DNA of 64,000 bases from Tubiluchus corallicola (GCA_030141605.1 JAQGDQ010001025.1:5275-69274); one strand, 5' to 3'. Shown: positions 1 to 14,302, counted from the stretch's first letter. A program made the numbers and translations. The notes: generated by a model not told the origin, from the letters alone.

Positions 1-25
1 AAACAAAACAACCACAAAAGAAGAA

Positions 26-654
26 AAAGATCAGACGCACAAAAGAAGAAGAGAGTTGCAATAGATCAGACGCACCAAAAAGAAGAAGAGAGTTGCAATA
101 GATCAGACGCACCAAAAAGAAGAAGAGAGTTGCAATAGATCAGACGCACCAAAAAGAAGAAGAGAGTTGCAATAGATCAGACGCACCAAAAAGAAGAAGA
201 GTTGCAATAGATCAGACGCATCAAAAAGCAGAAGAGAGTTGCAATAGATCAGACGCACCAAAAAGAAGAAGAGAGTTGCAATAGATCAGACGCACCAAAA
301 AGAAGAAGAGAGTTGCAATAGATCAGACGCACCAAAAAGAAGAAGAGAGTTGCAATAGATCAGACGCACCAAAAAGAAGAAGAGAGTTGCAATAGATCAG
401 ATGCACCAAAAACAAGAAGAGAGTTGCAATAGATCAGACGCACCAAAAACAAGAAGAGAGTTGCAATAGATCAGACGCACCAAAAACAAGAAGAGAGTTG
501 CAATAGATCAGACGCACCAAAAACAAGAAGAGAGTTGCAATAGATCAGACGCACCAAAAACAAGAAGAGAGTTGCAATAGATCAGACGCACCAAAAACAA
601 GAAGAAAGTTGCAATAGATCAGACGCACCAAAAACAAGAAGAAAGTTGCAATAG
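26..654. repeat. 37-bp tandem minisatellite, ~17 copies
   Basis: Unit ATAGATCAGACGCACCAAAAA(G/C)AAGAAGAGAGTTGCA recurs at 61, 98, ...; a few 35-bp variants; no unique spacers. Confidence 0.95.
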
Positions 655-885
655 TCAAGTCAACTTGTCACAAATGCATGAATGAGCTCTTGCCCCAAGT
701 TGTTTGTCAAGAAAATATCTCACTATCAACTCTATCAAGAATGTCTCACTAAAACCACATCTACTAAAAAGGCTTAACTTGCTGTGTGACAGATTTCTCA
801 CAGCATGAACTACAGCGAGTTTTGTTTTCAGGGGGTCTTTTCTTGGGGCATCCGCAAGAGGTTCAGTAAAAAAAATCAAACTTAC

Positions 886-3800
886 GACAACTGGAAGGAT
901 TTAGCTGCATCCAAGCAGCAGACGTCTGATTGCAAACGCAAGTCATGGCAGAGTCTCCAACCAGGAAGCCAGATTTACAAAACAGATCCACTTTGGTGTT
1001 GCACATGCAGTAAGATGACGAACAATTAGTCACAGACCAAATGTACTTGATGGCAGTGACATCTGTCTCGTCAGCTTCTGGAACAACTTCGCATCCCACT
1101 GAAACAAAAGATACAACTGGCAGCAACTTGGCTAGAGTTTCAGGGACAAGAAAACACTTTTCATAAGTGATTCGTCTTGAAATTGTTAGGTAACTTGCTA
1201 TCTTATTGCATGCAGAGCTTGCGTTATGAGTATCGCTGAGCAAAACTTGTAAATTTAAACTCGTGCGATGACCGTTAGGCGCAGCCATTTTGTGGCAAAG
1301 TCATTTGTAATATGTTTAGATAGCATTATAAAGTTTAAATAAATAATCACAGCCTTCGTATAGCGCACTCTTCACTAACTAAGCAAAAGTTTATATTACA
1401 GTCAGACTTCGGTTTTCGTCCATAACTCGTTCCTAAAAAGTGTTTAAAAACCGATTTGGCTGAGTACCGAATCATTTATTCCCGTAAGAAATAATGTAAA
1501 AGCAAATAATCCATTCTCAAGCACTAAATGAACTGTAAAGTATTACTAAAATGAAATATAATAATGCAAAAAAGCTTATTCAAACAGTAGATGTGATATT
1601 ATTGATAAGAAAAACATAATAGAATTACTTAGAAAGAAAAACATAATTATTCCTGCATGAAAAAACCTTACGTGTTGGCAGCAGTGTGATGGTATACGTA
1701 AGCAAGAGCATAAACACGTGTGTGACTGACTACCTTCGGGCGCAGTCGGTTACGCTCGGCTCTACTCGGCTCGCCGCGCATGCGTTCATCACGTGCTTGG
1801 CGGTTGGTCGAGTACCGAAATTCTGGTCGAGAACGGAGACAATTTCAACTCGAATATTCTGGTGGTAAACCGATTTGTACGAGTACTGAGACGTTCGAAA
1901 ACCGAGGTATGACTGTACTTTATATTGTCAATAATGTGTTTTTGGTGAACAAGTGATGTACACTGGGATGGTGACTCAGTGTTGTTTTAACAAGGGAGCG
2001 AATGTCTTTATTTCTTCAAACATGTAAGGTTAATGCCAACCATGAAAAGTTCTTTAGGATATATTTCAAAATTCCCCTTTCTTCCCTTTTAACGGAAAAC
2101 CGGATGATTGTTTAAACATTATCTCAGAACAAAAAATGCTCTAAAATATTGGAAACTACAATAGCTTTTTTTAAATCAAAGCCTAGATTAAATAATAATT
2201 ACCTCGGATACTCGAATTTCGTTAAACTTTCAAAGCTACGCGCGGCTTAGTGAATCTACTAAGATTGGCAGCGTCATCTTTTTGTCACGTGCGTGTGGCC
2301 AACAAATAGAAGGCGGTACCGTGATAAGCATGATCATGAACTGCCGTGTAAGTTTCTGACGTCATACGACGTAGAGCCCATTTTCGTGACGTCATGTTTT
2401 TAAGCAGTAACACTTGAGCAAACGTGCTTGATGCCCAAGGGAAGATGCTTGCCATTCCACAAACTGTGGTTAGTTTCTGACGTAACCAATAGCTGTGTTC
2501 GGTTGCCCTTAATTAACTTCCTAAGCTGATTATTCAAATATAAGAAACAATTGCTAGTTTTTTAGGCAAGAAAATGTATATTTTGCACAATAAGTTAAAA
2601 TGAAATTGGGTCTAAATAATCGTCCCGTCTTCCTTTAAGATAATGACTACGGACACCTTGCATCGCATATATTCTGATATAAATAAACAGAGAAACCACA
2701 AAACTTACAACAAGTTGCAGGGTTTTCCTGCACCCACAATGCAGTAGACGTCCCATTACAAACGCACGTCATGAAGGGATCTCCAGTGAGGAAAGCAGAG
2801 CTACAGGACAAATCCACTTTGGTGTCACACATACAGTGTGAAGATGAACAGTTTGTCCTAGACCAGATATAATTAACATTCGTTTCATCAACGTTGTTAG
2901 ATTCCGGAAGTATTTCACATCCCACTAAAAAAGAAAGTGCCAGAGAGTATATGCTTCTCAAAAAGAAGTTTGTTAACAGGGCCTATACCCTAAATTTTCC
3001 TTCGTTACTTTATAAAACAGACTATGTAGCATGCCTATTGATCATAGGCCTAAAGTTTTTTGGCGGTATCAATAACAGTAGTGTTGCAGGTGCAAATGTT
3101 TTGATCCATTACCTCTTCTCAAGGTAGTATATGCATTAGAAGCCACAATATATTAGACTGTAGCTCAATCTCTAGACTACTTTTTCTACTCTGACATTGT
3201 ATAGGTGGAACTTGTTAAGTACACACATCTCTGTTACATTTAAAAATTAACTTATAATTATACTGCTTCCTTTTACTGACATTCTGGCTTTTTCTCGACT
3301 CAATATTGGACCAACAATGTATGTATACATTTTTAGCTTTTTAGTGTAACGTAGTAATCTGTAGCACTTATTTCCTAGCACTTTTATTTCAGTAGATTTG
3401 TAGATGTAGTAATTGTAGACTACAGAAAATTTGTATTTTTGCAGAATAAACTAACATAGATATGGGAACGCAACTTTCGTTTGAGCGTATACATTACAAG
3501 TAGTACGCTGTACATTGTTGGGCCCTCAGTCCAAAAGGAGTATGCTGTACAAGACAAAAAGGAAAGCTTTGACACCCCTTTCTTAACATTGTCATCAAGG
3601 ACCTTATTCGTTTAAATACACAATTCAGAAACTGAATTTTGCCTTCATTACGTAGTAGAGTCTTGGGTTTCAATAACCGTCCAAAACACAGTTGTCTAAA
3701 AAAAACTGCTTCCGTATAATGACTATACTCAAGTCACAAGATGTGGAACATTTCAGTTCCAATACGAACTTCGAACACCTAATTCTTGCTCTATTAAGAA

Positions 3801-4518
3801 TACTCCTGCAATGTAAAAACGAAATAGCAACATCAATATTCACTTTGAAATATTAGCATTCAAATTATGCCTGCATAGACTTTAGGCCTGCATAATTATG
3901 ACCTTGTACATTTTAAATAAAAATTGCTATTAAAAAGTGCTATATTGTTATTAATTAATTACGAGTTACACTGCTGTTAAAATGAACAGCAAATGGGTTA
4001 TATGGAACCAGTGTGAGACAGAAAAAAGGCCGTAATATAATTATCAGAAAAAAGTGCTGATTTCTGAAATTTTCTACGAACTGTATTTTATCGGTTTTCT
4101 TGACAACTGTCCACTGTAACTTTGTTAAACACCAATAAAGTTTCGAAGATTAAATTATTAGCTTCTGCTAGTTTATATTCATCAAATTTTACGAAACTTT
4201 TCGTTATAATAAAACATAAAAGATTTTTCAACAAAAAGTAAAAATTGACATCACAACATACAGCATGCGGGTATGGCTTCAGTCCATTCCCCAACCTGAC
4301 CGTTATCACAGTTACATGACGCTGGTCTACTTCCAATTAACGAATAGCCATGAGCACAGGTAAATGTAGTTTGGCTTCCACAGGGACAGGTTGTTTCACT
4401 GCAATTGCTACCTGGCGTTACTGTGAGGTGTTCAGGTAATTGCTGTTGTTGAACTGAATGACAGCCAACTAGAAATGAAAAGCAAACGGTTAAGGGTCTC
4501 TCTCTCCCTCCCCCCCTT

Positions 4519-4605
<87 letters not shown>

Positions 4606-7600
4606 GTCTCTCTCTCTCTCCCGCTCTCTCTCTTTCCCCTCTCTCTCTGTCCCTCTCTCTCTTTCTCTGTTTCCCACTTCTCTCCCCCTCTCTGTCTCTC
4701 TCCCCCTCTCTATCTCACTCTTTCTTTCCCACTTCTCTCCCTCTCTCTCTCTCTCTCTCTCTCCCTCCCCCTCTCTCTCTCCCTCCCTCTCTCTCTCTCA
4801 CTTCCTCCCTCTCTCTGTCTCTCTCTTCCTATCTCTCTCTCTCTCCCTCTCTCTTTCTCACTTCTCTCCCTCTCGCTGTCTCTCTTTCACTATCTCTCTC
4901 TTCCCCCTCTCCCTCTCTATCTGTCTCTTTCTCTCCGTTTCTCTCTCCCCCTCTCTCTACCTCTGTTTCTCTTGTCTTTTGAATACTGAGCACTCATGTA
5001 GCACAAATACGTGAAAACTTGAAAGTTTCAATAGTTTCTGCGTACTTCGTACATTGCTATGTAATAGACAAAAATCAATCAATCGAACAAACGAACGAAC
5101 AAACAAACAAACAAACAGTGTTGAAGCATAACATCCTTTGCAGAGGTAAAAATAACTAAAATAATTGTCCCTTGCAGTAACCCTAAAAGCTATAATTTGC
5201 AAGTGTGCGTTTTTCCTAGTTTTCTATTTGAGCCCTTTTTTCTATGCCACTTTTACCGTGTCATTTTTACCTGTGCCATTTTTACTGTGCACATTTTTGT
5301 GTGATTTTATTCCTGGCTTGTTGTTGTTATGCTATATGAGATCGTATACTGTTGTGGTATTGGTGAATAGGTCAATAAACTTTCACTACCTAAGTAACCA
5401 TTCTATCATTAAACATTGGATCTTACCATTTGCAGTGTCACCACAGATAATGCTCAGATCATCTATATTCCAATTCTGCAACATTGCTTTTGCCACTTCG
5501 TCTACACATTGCTTTGCAGCGTCTATGCCTTCTGGTGTAGTCATAGTCGAGCAATTGGCCTTGTAGTAGAGGGTCCACTCTGCTATGTTAATCTCAACGT
5601 CGCTCATATCTCGAAACTCTTCACAGACACCTTCAGACACCACTTCCCAAGGTGCTGGTCTCTCCCCGGTAATGTAGTTGTTTCGCAGTTCTGGAATGGG
5701 AAATTTACGTGAAAGATGCGAACATTAACAAAACAGAATACCTTTTTGGGTTTCGAATTCAATTTTATAAAAAACTAGAAGTTGTTTGAGGTGTGAACAT
5801 AAGAACGAGGAGTGAAAAAGGAGTGAGCATCAAACGTTCCAGTTCGATTCAAACCTAAAATTTAATTATAGATTCGAATAATTCAGCACTTCAGCCACAT
5901 ACGTTCTCGTTAAAATGTTTGAAACAGCATGTAATTAGCACAATTTAGCTGCAGTTTCTGTGCAAAATTTTTAACAAACTAATAGTGGTTTTACTGCAGA
6001 ACAAAATCGAGCAATATGCATGGTCTTTGTAAGATACTTTTTACTAATGGTTCGAAAACTGATTCGAAAATCTTCCAAACTCAATTCGAATTCGATTCGG
6101 ATTCGAATAGTAAAATTCGGTTCGATTCGATTTGAATTCGCTTTCTGGTAGAGAATGCTCACCCCCTATTGTTAAAATGAGCTTTGCAATTTATTACTTT
6201 AGAACTGACATGGAGCTGCAGCTCACTTTTTAAAACAAATTCAGACCGATTTGAAAGTCCATAAAGTACATTTAAAACATGCATTGTCTTTATGGGAGAT
6301 ATCATTCTCCACCAAAAAGCAAATTCAAGTCGAATCGAATTTGTCACTTTCGAACTTGATTCAAACTTAATTTCCAGAATTCGAATCAGATTCGAATTCG
6401 AATTCAGTTTTACAGGTTTTTGAACCGTTAATAGAACGCAGTCCCACAAAGATGGTGCATATTACTTGATTTTATTTTGCAGCAAAGCGCTAGTAACACG
6501 TTTGTTATGCATTTCTGTTTCTCTTTACATTCTCATGTGACTCTATTCTTCATTTTCACCATCATCTCTCTTGCATTGTCATTTCCTCACCCTTGCTACC
6601 ACCCTTGTATTTCATTTTTTTCCTTTTTTATCCTGCTCCCTTTACATCTTCTCTTTTCATTTTGCCTTCTCTCAGTCCTGTGCAACTTGGCCTGGGTCGT
6701 TACATTAATTCACGGTGAATTTAAATTTTGTTTATTTGTCGTAGTAACAGAAGATGTAACAATGTTGCATTATTATTGGCATTTTGGAAATAAACTAAAC
6801 TAAACTATGCACAGAAGTTGCAGCTAAACTGTATTGATTGCATGATGTTTCAAGCATCTTAATCATGAAAAACGTATGTAGTTGAAGTGCTGATTATTCG
6901 AATCTATAATTTTAGGTTAGGATGAGATACAAACTAAAAACGCTCGTTCGAACTCGAACGATCGATGCTCACCCCAAACTGTCTTTATATTTTCGAAGTT
7001 GTCCCTTATGTGTAGGTCGCGTACACCGATTTAGACAACGCGCTTGGTGCTTTCGTATCTAAATCTGTGGTCGGGGAGTACTGTAGCAGAGTAACACGCG
7101 TTGATAATTGAATTTATTCGAATTGAATTTCAACTTCAAGTTTTTGTCAGTTAGACTAATGGAATTGTAAATTTGCACGTGGCGGTTTCAGTTATAGCGA
7201 CATTTTAATTATTTTCGCAAATAAAAATGATTAAAATTAGAATGTGGCTTAATGACTTTAAATAGTTCAGTCTAATGCCGTGTGTGTGTTTTAATAGACT
7301 ACCTAGACAGTAAAAAAAAACACATTTTTTTCACAATGTATGTTTCATTTAAACCGGTAGCTGAGATATTGGTTTTTGCGTGACATTTGCGTAAAATTAA
7401 TGAACACAGACATTTAACGTCATCAAAGCACTTGACAGATTCAGCATACCTGCACAGTCGTAAACTTTGGAGCTTGGATACCACTGAAGACCATTAGCGC
7501 CGGGTTGACATTGATACAGTCCGGATGGAGCCTTTTCTGTCTTAAATCTGGCATCACAACTCAGCAGACAGTAATTTAGAAAACACAACAGGGCTCCATT

Positions 7601-9733
7601 CGTCGGTATGTGCAGATTTTCACAGTCCTCTTGGGCCTCTGTGCCTAAAAATAATACTAACGTAATTGTTAAATTAATATGTCCAATCATTTTATGATGG
7701 CAATAATATCTAACTGCTAGGTCGATTTAGATTTAGATTAGATTTTAATAGATTTATTTCGCTATAAACATATACATATACATATTACATGTGCATCGAT
7801 AATCAGGTTTTGTTAATACAAAAATATGATACAATTCATGACTACTGCGCTAGAGACCTAAGAAGCTAGCTTATGGTAGGCCACTAGAATTAGTTACGAA
7901 AAAAATACAATATATACAGATACAATATATACAAATATAAATACGGGTGGGAAGTAATAAAAATATTATTATACTATACAAGTTTTTGAAAATGAAAAGC
8001 AACAAATCATGATTGAGTGATCAGCTATATGTTTCAAGTAAGTTTAATTTATAATTTTTTTTTAAATATGGACAGCGAGTTGGCATTTTTAATAGCTGGA
8101 GCAATTGAATTCCATATGTAAGGGCCATTGTATTTAATAAAAATTTTTCTGACATTTGTGTTGCACTGTATGTAGCGGTAGTGCAGCCTATAACGTGTGC
8201 CGTAATTATGTATCCCAGCATTCAAACAAAAATAATCAGTAAATAAGGGAGGCAATAATTTATGAGAAAATTTGTACATGAAAATGGCAGTTTGGAACTT
8301 ATTAATGTCGTAAATGTTTAGAAAGTTTAGTCTAGTTGGCGGTGTATGGTCCTGATAACCGGCAAATGTTATAGCTCGCACTATTTTCTTCTGAATCAGA
8401 TGAATTTTTTTCAATCGACTGGAGTATGTGCTTCCCCAAATAATGTTTGAATTATTTAGATATGGTAAAAAAAAGATAATTATATAATAATACAAGTGCT
8501 GATTTAGGCAATATGTGTCTTAACTCTGTATATAATAAATATGATTTTTGAGATTTTGCTTTCGATAAATCTAAGATGTTCTTGCCAAGTTAGGTGTTCA
8601 TCTATGATGATGCAAAAAAACAAAATCCCCAGTTTGGCAGGTCAAACTTGAAACACACCGTATGGAAAGAACCTTTTAAACAGTGGCCTTTGAATCATTG
8701 GTGAGGAGGTATGTATGAAGACAATACGGTGCCCTAGGCTTATAGCACTTGGCCATTCCCTATTAGGGTCCGGATTTATGGTTACTCAGGGGCGTAATGA
8801 CCAATAGCCTAACTAGACTATAGCCTAGGGCGCCAAAGTTTGGAGGCGTCACGTTTTAGAGAAAATTCTTGTTCTGTTCGGAAAATGTGTATACTTTCAT
8901 ATTCTTGTAAAATGGATATCATTTTACACATTTTATAACACACCACAGGCAATTACATAGCGCAGCTTTTATACAAGTGCCACTTAATGAACAGGTGCAA
9001 GGTATTACACAACAAGCAGTTCGGCAGCCTCTTTGAATATATGCACCATACAAACACATGTAATTAATAACGACCACTTTGAAACTAGTTTAATAGTGGT
9101 TCTAATAAACCACAAATAATTGTTTAACCTCCTCATTACATAAACAAACGTAAATTCACAATAGGGATGGGCGGGACAGAACTTGGGCCTACGGTGTCGT
9201 AAAGTTTTGATTGTCCCCTGTAATTATTTATATATGAGGCGCGATACACAATTACTTGTAGTGTATTAGTAGCCGTCTTACCTAGTTTAGATGTTATAGC
9301 GAATATGTCAAAGTCTCTGGTGATGCCTACGTGATTATTGTTAATTAGCTATTGGCTAAACAAATGCACAAAGTGTATTTTATGGAAATAAGCAGTTATT
9401 ATTATTATTATTATCATTGTTATTATTATTAATATTATTATTATTATCATCATCGTCATAATCATCATCATTATTAGAACTATTGTTATTATTATTAGCT
9501 TCATGGTTTTGTTATCCTCACAGTATAAACATCGCTAATTAATTGGGCATGCAGCTTATTTACTAATAACTAATTAGTAATAACGCCATGCATTGTGGCA
9601 AATTAAGTAACAAAAAAAATCTTGGTAAGTATAAACGAAATTTCAAAATTCGGAAGAATACCAAAAATGTAATCTCACCTGAAAATAGAAACGCCGTCAA
9701 ATACAGCCAAGGTAACGTTTCACTTAAAACCAT
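886..9733 (-). CDS. Secreted multi-Sushi/CCP-like domain protein (spliced; 3' end uncertain)
   Basis: GT-AG exons, all joined by phase-1 introns and open in frame: 9679-9733 (MVLSETLPWLYLTAFLFS, signal peptide), 7450-7644 (6-Cys Sushi-like), 5427-5690 (88-aa unknown module), 4262-4468, 2709-2924, 886-1098 (three paralogous 8-Cys Sushi-like modules with C..G(Y/F).L.G....C...W.....C pattern). May end in a short exon 735-763 or continue past the window edge. Confidence 0.85.
1250..2088. mobile_element. Interspersed repeat (probable non-autonomous Kolobok-type element end), interrupted by a MITE
   Basis: 1250-1397 plus 1918-2088 align by eye with 42143-42500; both copies end TTCTTCCC(TT) followed by TTAA. 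Confidence 0.55.
1399..1915. mobile_element. Tc1/mariner-superfamily (pogo/Tigger-like) MITE
   Basis: TIRs CAGTCAGACTTCGGTTTTCG / CGAAAACCGAGGTATGACTG (2 mismatches) with TA on both sides. Confidence 0.85.
2093..2634. mobile_element. Kolobok-type MITE
   Basis: TTAA at 2089-2092 and 2635-2638; imperfect TIRs CGGAAAACCGGATGATTGTTT vs revcomp AGGAAGACGGGACGATTATTT. Confidence 0.65.
4497..4975. repeat. Degenerate (CT)n microsatellite
   Basis: Direct inspection; source of the spurious ORF 4475-5014. Confidence 0.95.
5820..6975. mobile_element. TTCGAA-rich non-autonomous TIR element(s), possibly hAT-like, nested
   Basis: GGAGTGAGCATCAAACGTTCCAGTTCGA at 5820 is inverted relative to TCGAACTCGAACGATCGATGCTCACCCC ending 6975; a second ATGCTCACCCC end near 6165. 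Confidence 0.5.
8021..8610 (-). mobile_element. LINE (CR1/L2-like) ORF2 C-terminal fragment
   Basis: PYLNNSNIIWGSTY..LQKKIVRAI..HNYGTR..YNGPYIWNSI..FKKKL is the typical post-RT region of these LINEs; frameshifted. Confidence 0.8.
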
Positions 9734-10489
9734 TATCAATCAAACCTCAACTTCTTACCATGGAGGAGAACAAACATTCATTACTCCAGAAACTTGATAA
9801 AGCTTCATCACTTGCTTAAGCAGCCGAGTCGACATAATTCAGCAAGTTATTGTAATATTAACAAGTGAAGTTAAGAGAAATTGTAAGCGTTTCACTTTGC
9901 TGTACCTTATTCCAGCAAATACTTCTTACGCCCGAGGCAATACAGTAACAATACAGTACAGGCAATACAACCTATCGTATCGTACGTTGACAGCCTGAGA
10001 CAACAATAAAGAAAATCACTCAGTAGCATTTAAAGGAAGTAAGACTACATTTTTCCGGAAACGAGCGCGCAAGGGTCGGATTTAACACCATGACAGGATG
10101 TAACCAGTTCTCGCCACACTTGAATGACATGGCGTATTGTTACCATCGATATTTTTATTATTGTACGAAACTTATAAAAATTGTGTTCTGTTCGCACACA
10201 GGTTGTTTCTCTAGTTATTATGGACCAAATCTCCAATGGGATAAATAACCTGTTCTTAGTATGAATTTGTGTTTTCAGTCCCAGTTTTACTGTCACTTAA
10301 ACACTTACTTAACAGTGATGATTACAAGATTGAGATGTTAGCAGCAAAGTTTTTTGTCAATAAAAGGAACTCAAAAACAACAATAATTTTTGTTCACAAA
10401 ACAACAAATTGATTTTTTTAAATGCATTGTTTTATGTAGAATGCATGAGGATACTAAACCAAACGTCTAGGTTTATTGTGTTTGTACAT

Positions 10490-10728
10490 TGTATGTATTC
10501 TATTGTATTGTATTGTGCTGTACTGTGTATTGTATTGTACTGTATCGTATCGTGCTGTACTGTACTGTATCGTATCGTATTGTACTGTATTGTATTGTAC
10601 TGTATCGTATCGTACTGTACTGTATTGTATTGTATCATATTGTACTGTACTGTATTGTACTGTACTGTACCGTACTGTAATGTACTGTATCGTATCGTGT
10701 CGGATCGCATTGTACTGTACTTATTGTA
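10490..10728. repeat. (TGTAC/TGTAT/CGTAT)n pentanucleotide microsatellite
   Basis: Direct inspection. Confidence 0.95.
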
Positions 10729-11829
10729 TTCATCAATAAACTTATTAAACTTTCTGCAATATTTATCCAGATGCGTATTTTAGGCTTGCTCATTTCTCCA
10801 CAAGAAATACATATATACAAACGGAATCTTGAATTGAAACACGCAATCAACATTAAGATTCTTGCCGTCTAATTTATTGTCATTACATAATACTCTGTAT
10901 AGTAAATACCAAATGTTTTTGCAGAGCTGCTTCTGTGTGGAATGCCTTACTCGCTGCAGGTGTTAACGTAACGGCATAAAATACTGGGCAAACCATCTCG
11001 ATTGTTTCACTAGCCCACGTACAACCGACATTGTAAAAACTATAAGGGATGAGTTCTGCAGGGCAAATGTCGAATCTTTTTCCAGAGTTGCTTTTATTTG
11101 GAATATTCTACTAAGCGCCAACATGGTCTTCCCTTAGAAAGATGCAACTTGTGACAGTTAAAAGAAGAACAATGTAAATCTTTGGTCCATCTCTCCTCGG
11201 TGGCAGATTTTGATAGCGCCTCAGTCAGGTCTGGCTGGACAAATTACTGAACGGATGACCATTGGTGTTTTAACATTAAAATTAGTTTCATCCACCCCGA
11301 CTTCACTCTATTTGAGGACAATTGTTAGGCTATCCAAACGTGATTATATATATATGTCACCCCTGCTGGTTCATTGTCCCATCTCAGAATATCTTGGTAG
11401 TGGACCAGGTTCCACTCTGCAATATACTCTCTACGTTGGTGGTTCCCTACCTTTTTGGCCCACGCCCCACTTGGCTTTTAGCCAAAACACTAAGCATTTG
11501 TTTCTTCCGGCACTTTGACGCGTAACAAATAGAGAACAAGGAAAGAAAGTTCTACTAACATTAAAGGCGCATTCGCACTAACGAGTTTTCTCACCAAGTA
11601 ACTCCTCTAAGTCACTCTCTTCATAACTCGCAAAGTAGTTCACACTTCGAGTTTGCTGTCAGAGAGAAAGTCTGAATGCGTCGTTGTTGAGACTTTGACG
11701 TAATCCTCTACTAATTTTAAAGATGGCAACAAGAAGAAAAACAAGAGACCCTTTTTATTCAACGAAATTTGTGTGTTTTACTTTTTTACCTTTTTTGCGA
11801 ATTAGGAAACATTCATAAGTTTATTTATC

Positions 11830-12400
11830 ATCATTACAACCAAAAGGATGGATTACAGTACAGCATAAAATTGCAATAAAAATTTTAAAAAGAATAAGCA
11901 AGGTAGAACATAGAACAAGCACTATTACAATGTTACAAGATACATGAATGAAATAAATTAAATTGAAAGTCATGTGAGTTAAACCTGTTCTTGAATCTCT
12001 CTGTTCTGCATCTAGGTAAGAGGAAAAGAGGTACTTCAAATGGTGGCGAGTTCTGTATCTATGACCATGGGCATCTGGCAACAGAGTGTGCATTTTATTA
12101 TTAGGATTTTGAATTGACAAGAACAACCTGTTGCAAAAATTTTGGCAACAGTTAAGTAGAGGTTGAAGATTAGCCAAAATTAGAGCATTTGCATAGTTTT
12201 CATTTGAAATTTTTTTCAATGAACGCTTTTGAACTGTTTCTAAAAAAATGAGAGAGCTTCTGGGAAAGAGAAGAGTACCATGCTTGACAAGCGTCTTCAA
12301 CAAGTGGCTTAATCCACTGGCAACCACTGAATATTTCAACATGCTCAGCTACTGAAGTTAAACAAACATACAAAAGTTTATATTTAAGCTTGATAAAATC
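11830..12400 (-). mobile_element. Degenerate LINE 3' fragment
   Basis: LETVQKRSLKKI..YANAL..L..NPNNKMHTLLP..YRTR resembles the CR1/L2-group ORF2 C-terminus. Confidence 0.6.
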
Positions 12401-13552
12401 CTAAACAAAAAATATCTTTTGCTTACTAACAGCCTAAATTACTGCAGTTCAATCTTGATCCATTCACGGTAAGCATGTGACCACTGACAACAGACTGTGT
12501 GAGTGACAGTACTTTCTCTATCTGGGCCCAGACATGTGCACATGGTCGCATGCGCACAACAGCCAAACTCCCCGTTGCTAGAGTGCACAGTGCTGGGCTG
12601 TGAAGCAAACAGTACTAAGTTCACATGCTCTGATTCTGTACAAGTGTAAATGAAGAATTAAAGAAAAAAGACTTATTATGTGGAATATTATCGATAATAT
12701 GGAGTGAAAATAGGGGGTGCTGCCTGTACACCAGCCGCCATTGAAAGCAGGTGTTTCAGTCTTGATACGTTTTTAAAAATAAGTCTTTTAGCTCCTGAAA
12801 GTCGTTATGTACAATATTATTTTTACCTAGTAGTCTAAGCATTCAATTGAAAAAAATGCTATTAGCTTTATTATGAAATTTATAGAGAAGTGTGATATTT
12901 AAAGGGACATCAACTTGTGCCTTTGCATAACCATTTACTATACTATTTATAATATCAAAATATCAAAGTAATTATTGGACTAGTAGAAGTTTGTATTATT
13001 GAACTACGAGTACCTATTTCATAAACTACTTTTTCCTTGCTAAGTTAAGTTTCTACTTTTCTAAGTGGTGTAGGAATTATTGATTCCTCTGATGTAAATG
13101 TATGGTACTTGTTGCTGTTTTTTTAGATCAACTTTTTTCTATTTTCTAAAATAAAGTATCACAGTATTATATATATTGGGATTTTTTTGAGTTGCTGTAA
13201 ACGTTATATTAACAGACAGTCTTGAAACTTGGAATGTGGTAAACATTATGCTGCACGATCAGAATTAAGTACAAGAATATTGTACCAAAAGACACTGTAG
13301 TTAATTTAACAAGTTTATAACGAAACGTTCTGATGGTATTATTCGGAATATAACTTTTGATCCAGAATTGAGCTGCATTGTTGCTGCACATTTCACTCTA
13401 GCTCTTCTACAACGTGCATACAGAGTACAGTACTAACCCTTGAATCATGAAAACATCTTTGCAAAGAAGCTCCATTAATAGACGCAAAGCCTTTAGAATG
13501 CATTAAAATGAGATTCAATTGTTTGTGTCGCTTATGCTGCTCGTTACATTAA

Positions 13553-14302
13553 TATAGGTTTTACACGTCAAATGTAGACACAGGAAAGTTCAAATGTGAC
13601 TTAGGTAAGTCAAATGTACTCATAAGAATTTCGAATGTGTTTTGGTAACTCAAATGTGACTTAGGTAAGTCAAATGTACACATTGGAATTTCGAATGTGT
13701 TTTGGTAACTCAAATGTGACTTAGGTAAGTCAAATGTACACATAGGAATTTCGAATGTGTTTTGGTAACTCAAATGTGACATACGTAAGTCAAATGTACA
13801 CATATACACATAGGATTTCGAATGTGTTTTGGTAACTCAAATGTGACTTAGGTAAGTGAAATGTACACATTGGAATTTCGAATGCGTTTTGGTAACTCAA
13901 ATGTGACTTAGGTAAGTCAAATATAGATGCATTACTTTGAATAAATCGGGAACTAAGTTATTTAAGTGCAAATTAGAAAAAGATAAACCAAAGATAGTGC
14001 ATCTATTAGTAGGCCTATAACGTTGTTATTTTAACTTAGGAGCAATTATTAAATTGAAATTAAAGAAGATTAAATTTAACATCCTTAAACATTAACACCT
14101 ATCCACATTTGAGATACCAATGTCATATTTGACTTGACATGTGTCTACATTCGACTTACCAAAAGCGCTCAAGATTTCTTGAAAACCATTGTTAACACAT
14201 TTGAACTACCTAAGTCTACATTTGAGTTACCAAGACACATTTGAATTACCTAAATCTACATTTGAGTTAACGTAGGTCTATATTTGACATGTAAAACCTA
14301 TA
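13553..14302. mobile_element. Foldback/MITE-like element with internal 60-bp tandem array (~6 copies, 13580-13920)
   Basis: Terminal inverted repeats TATAGGTTTTACACGTCAAATGTAGAC / GTCTATATTTGACATGTAAAACCTATA; array subunits recur inverted at 14100-14290. Confidence 0.75.

Noticed and set aside
26-654. CRISPR-like array (37-bp period)
   Set aside because: Units abut with no unique spacers, there are no cas genes, and the context is eukaryotic; it is a minisatellite.
4475-5014. Ser/Leu-rich ORF (likewise 15838-16236, 15899-16228 and 10409-10783)
   Set aside because: Microsatellite translations.
8787-9220. hAT-like MITE (CAGGGG...CCCCTG)
   Set aside because: Only a 6-bp terminal match and no convincing 8-bp TSD.
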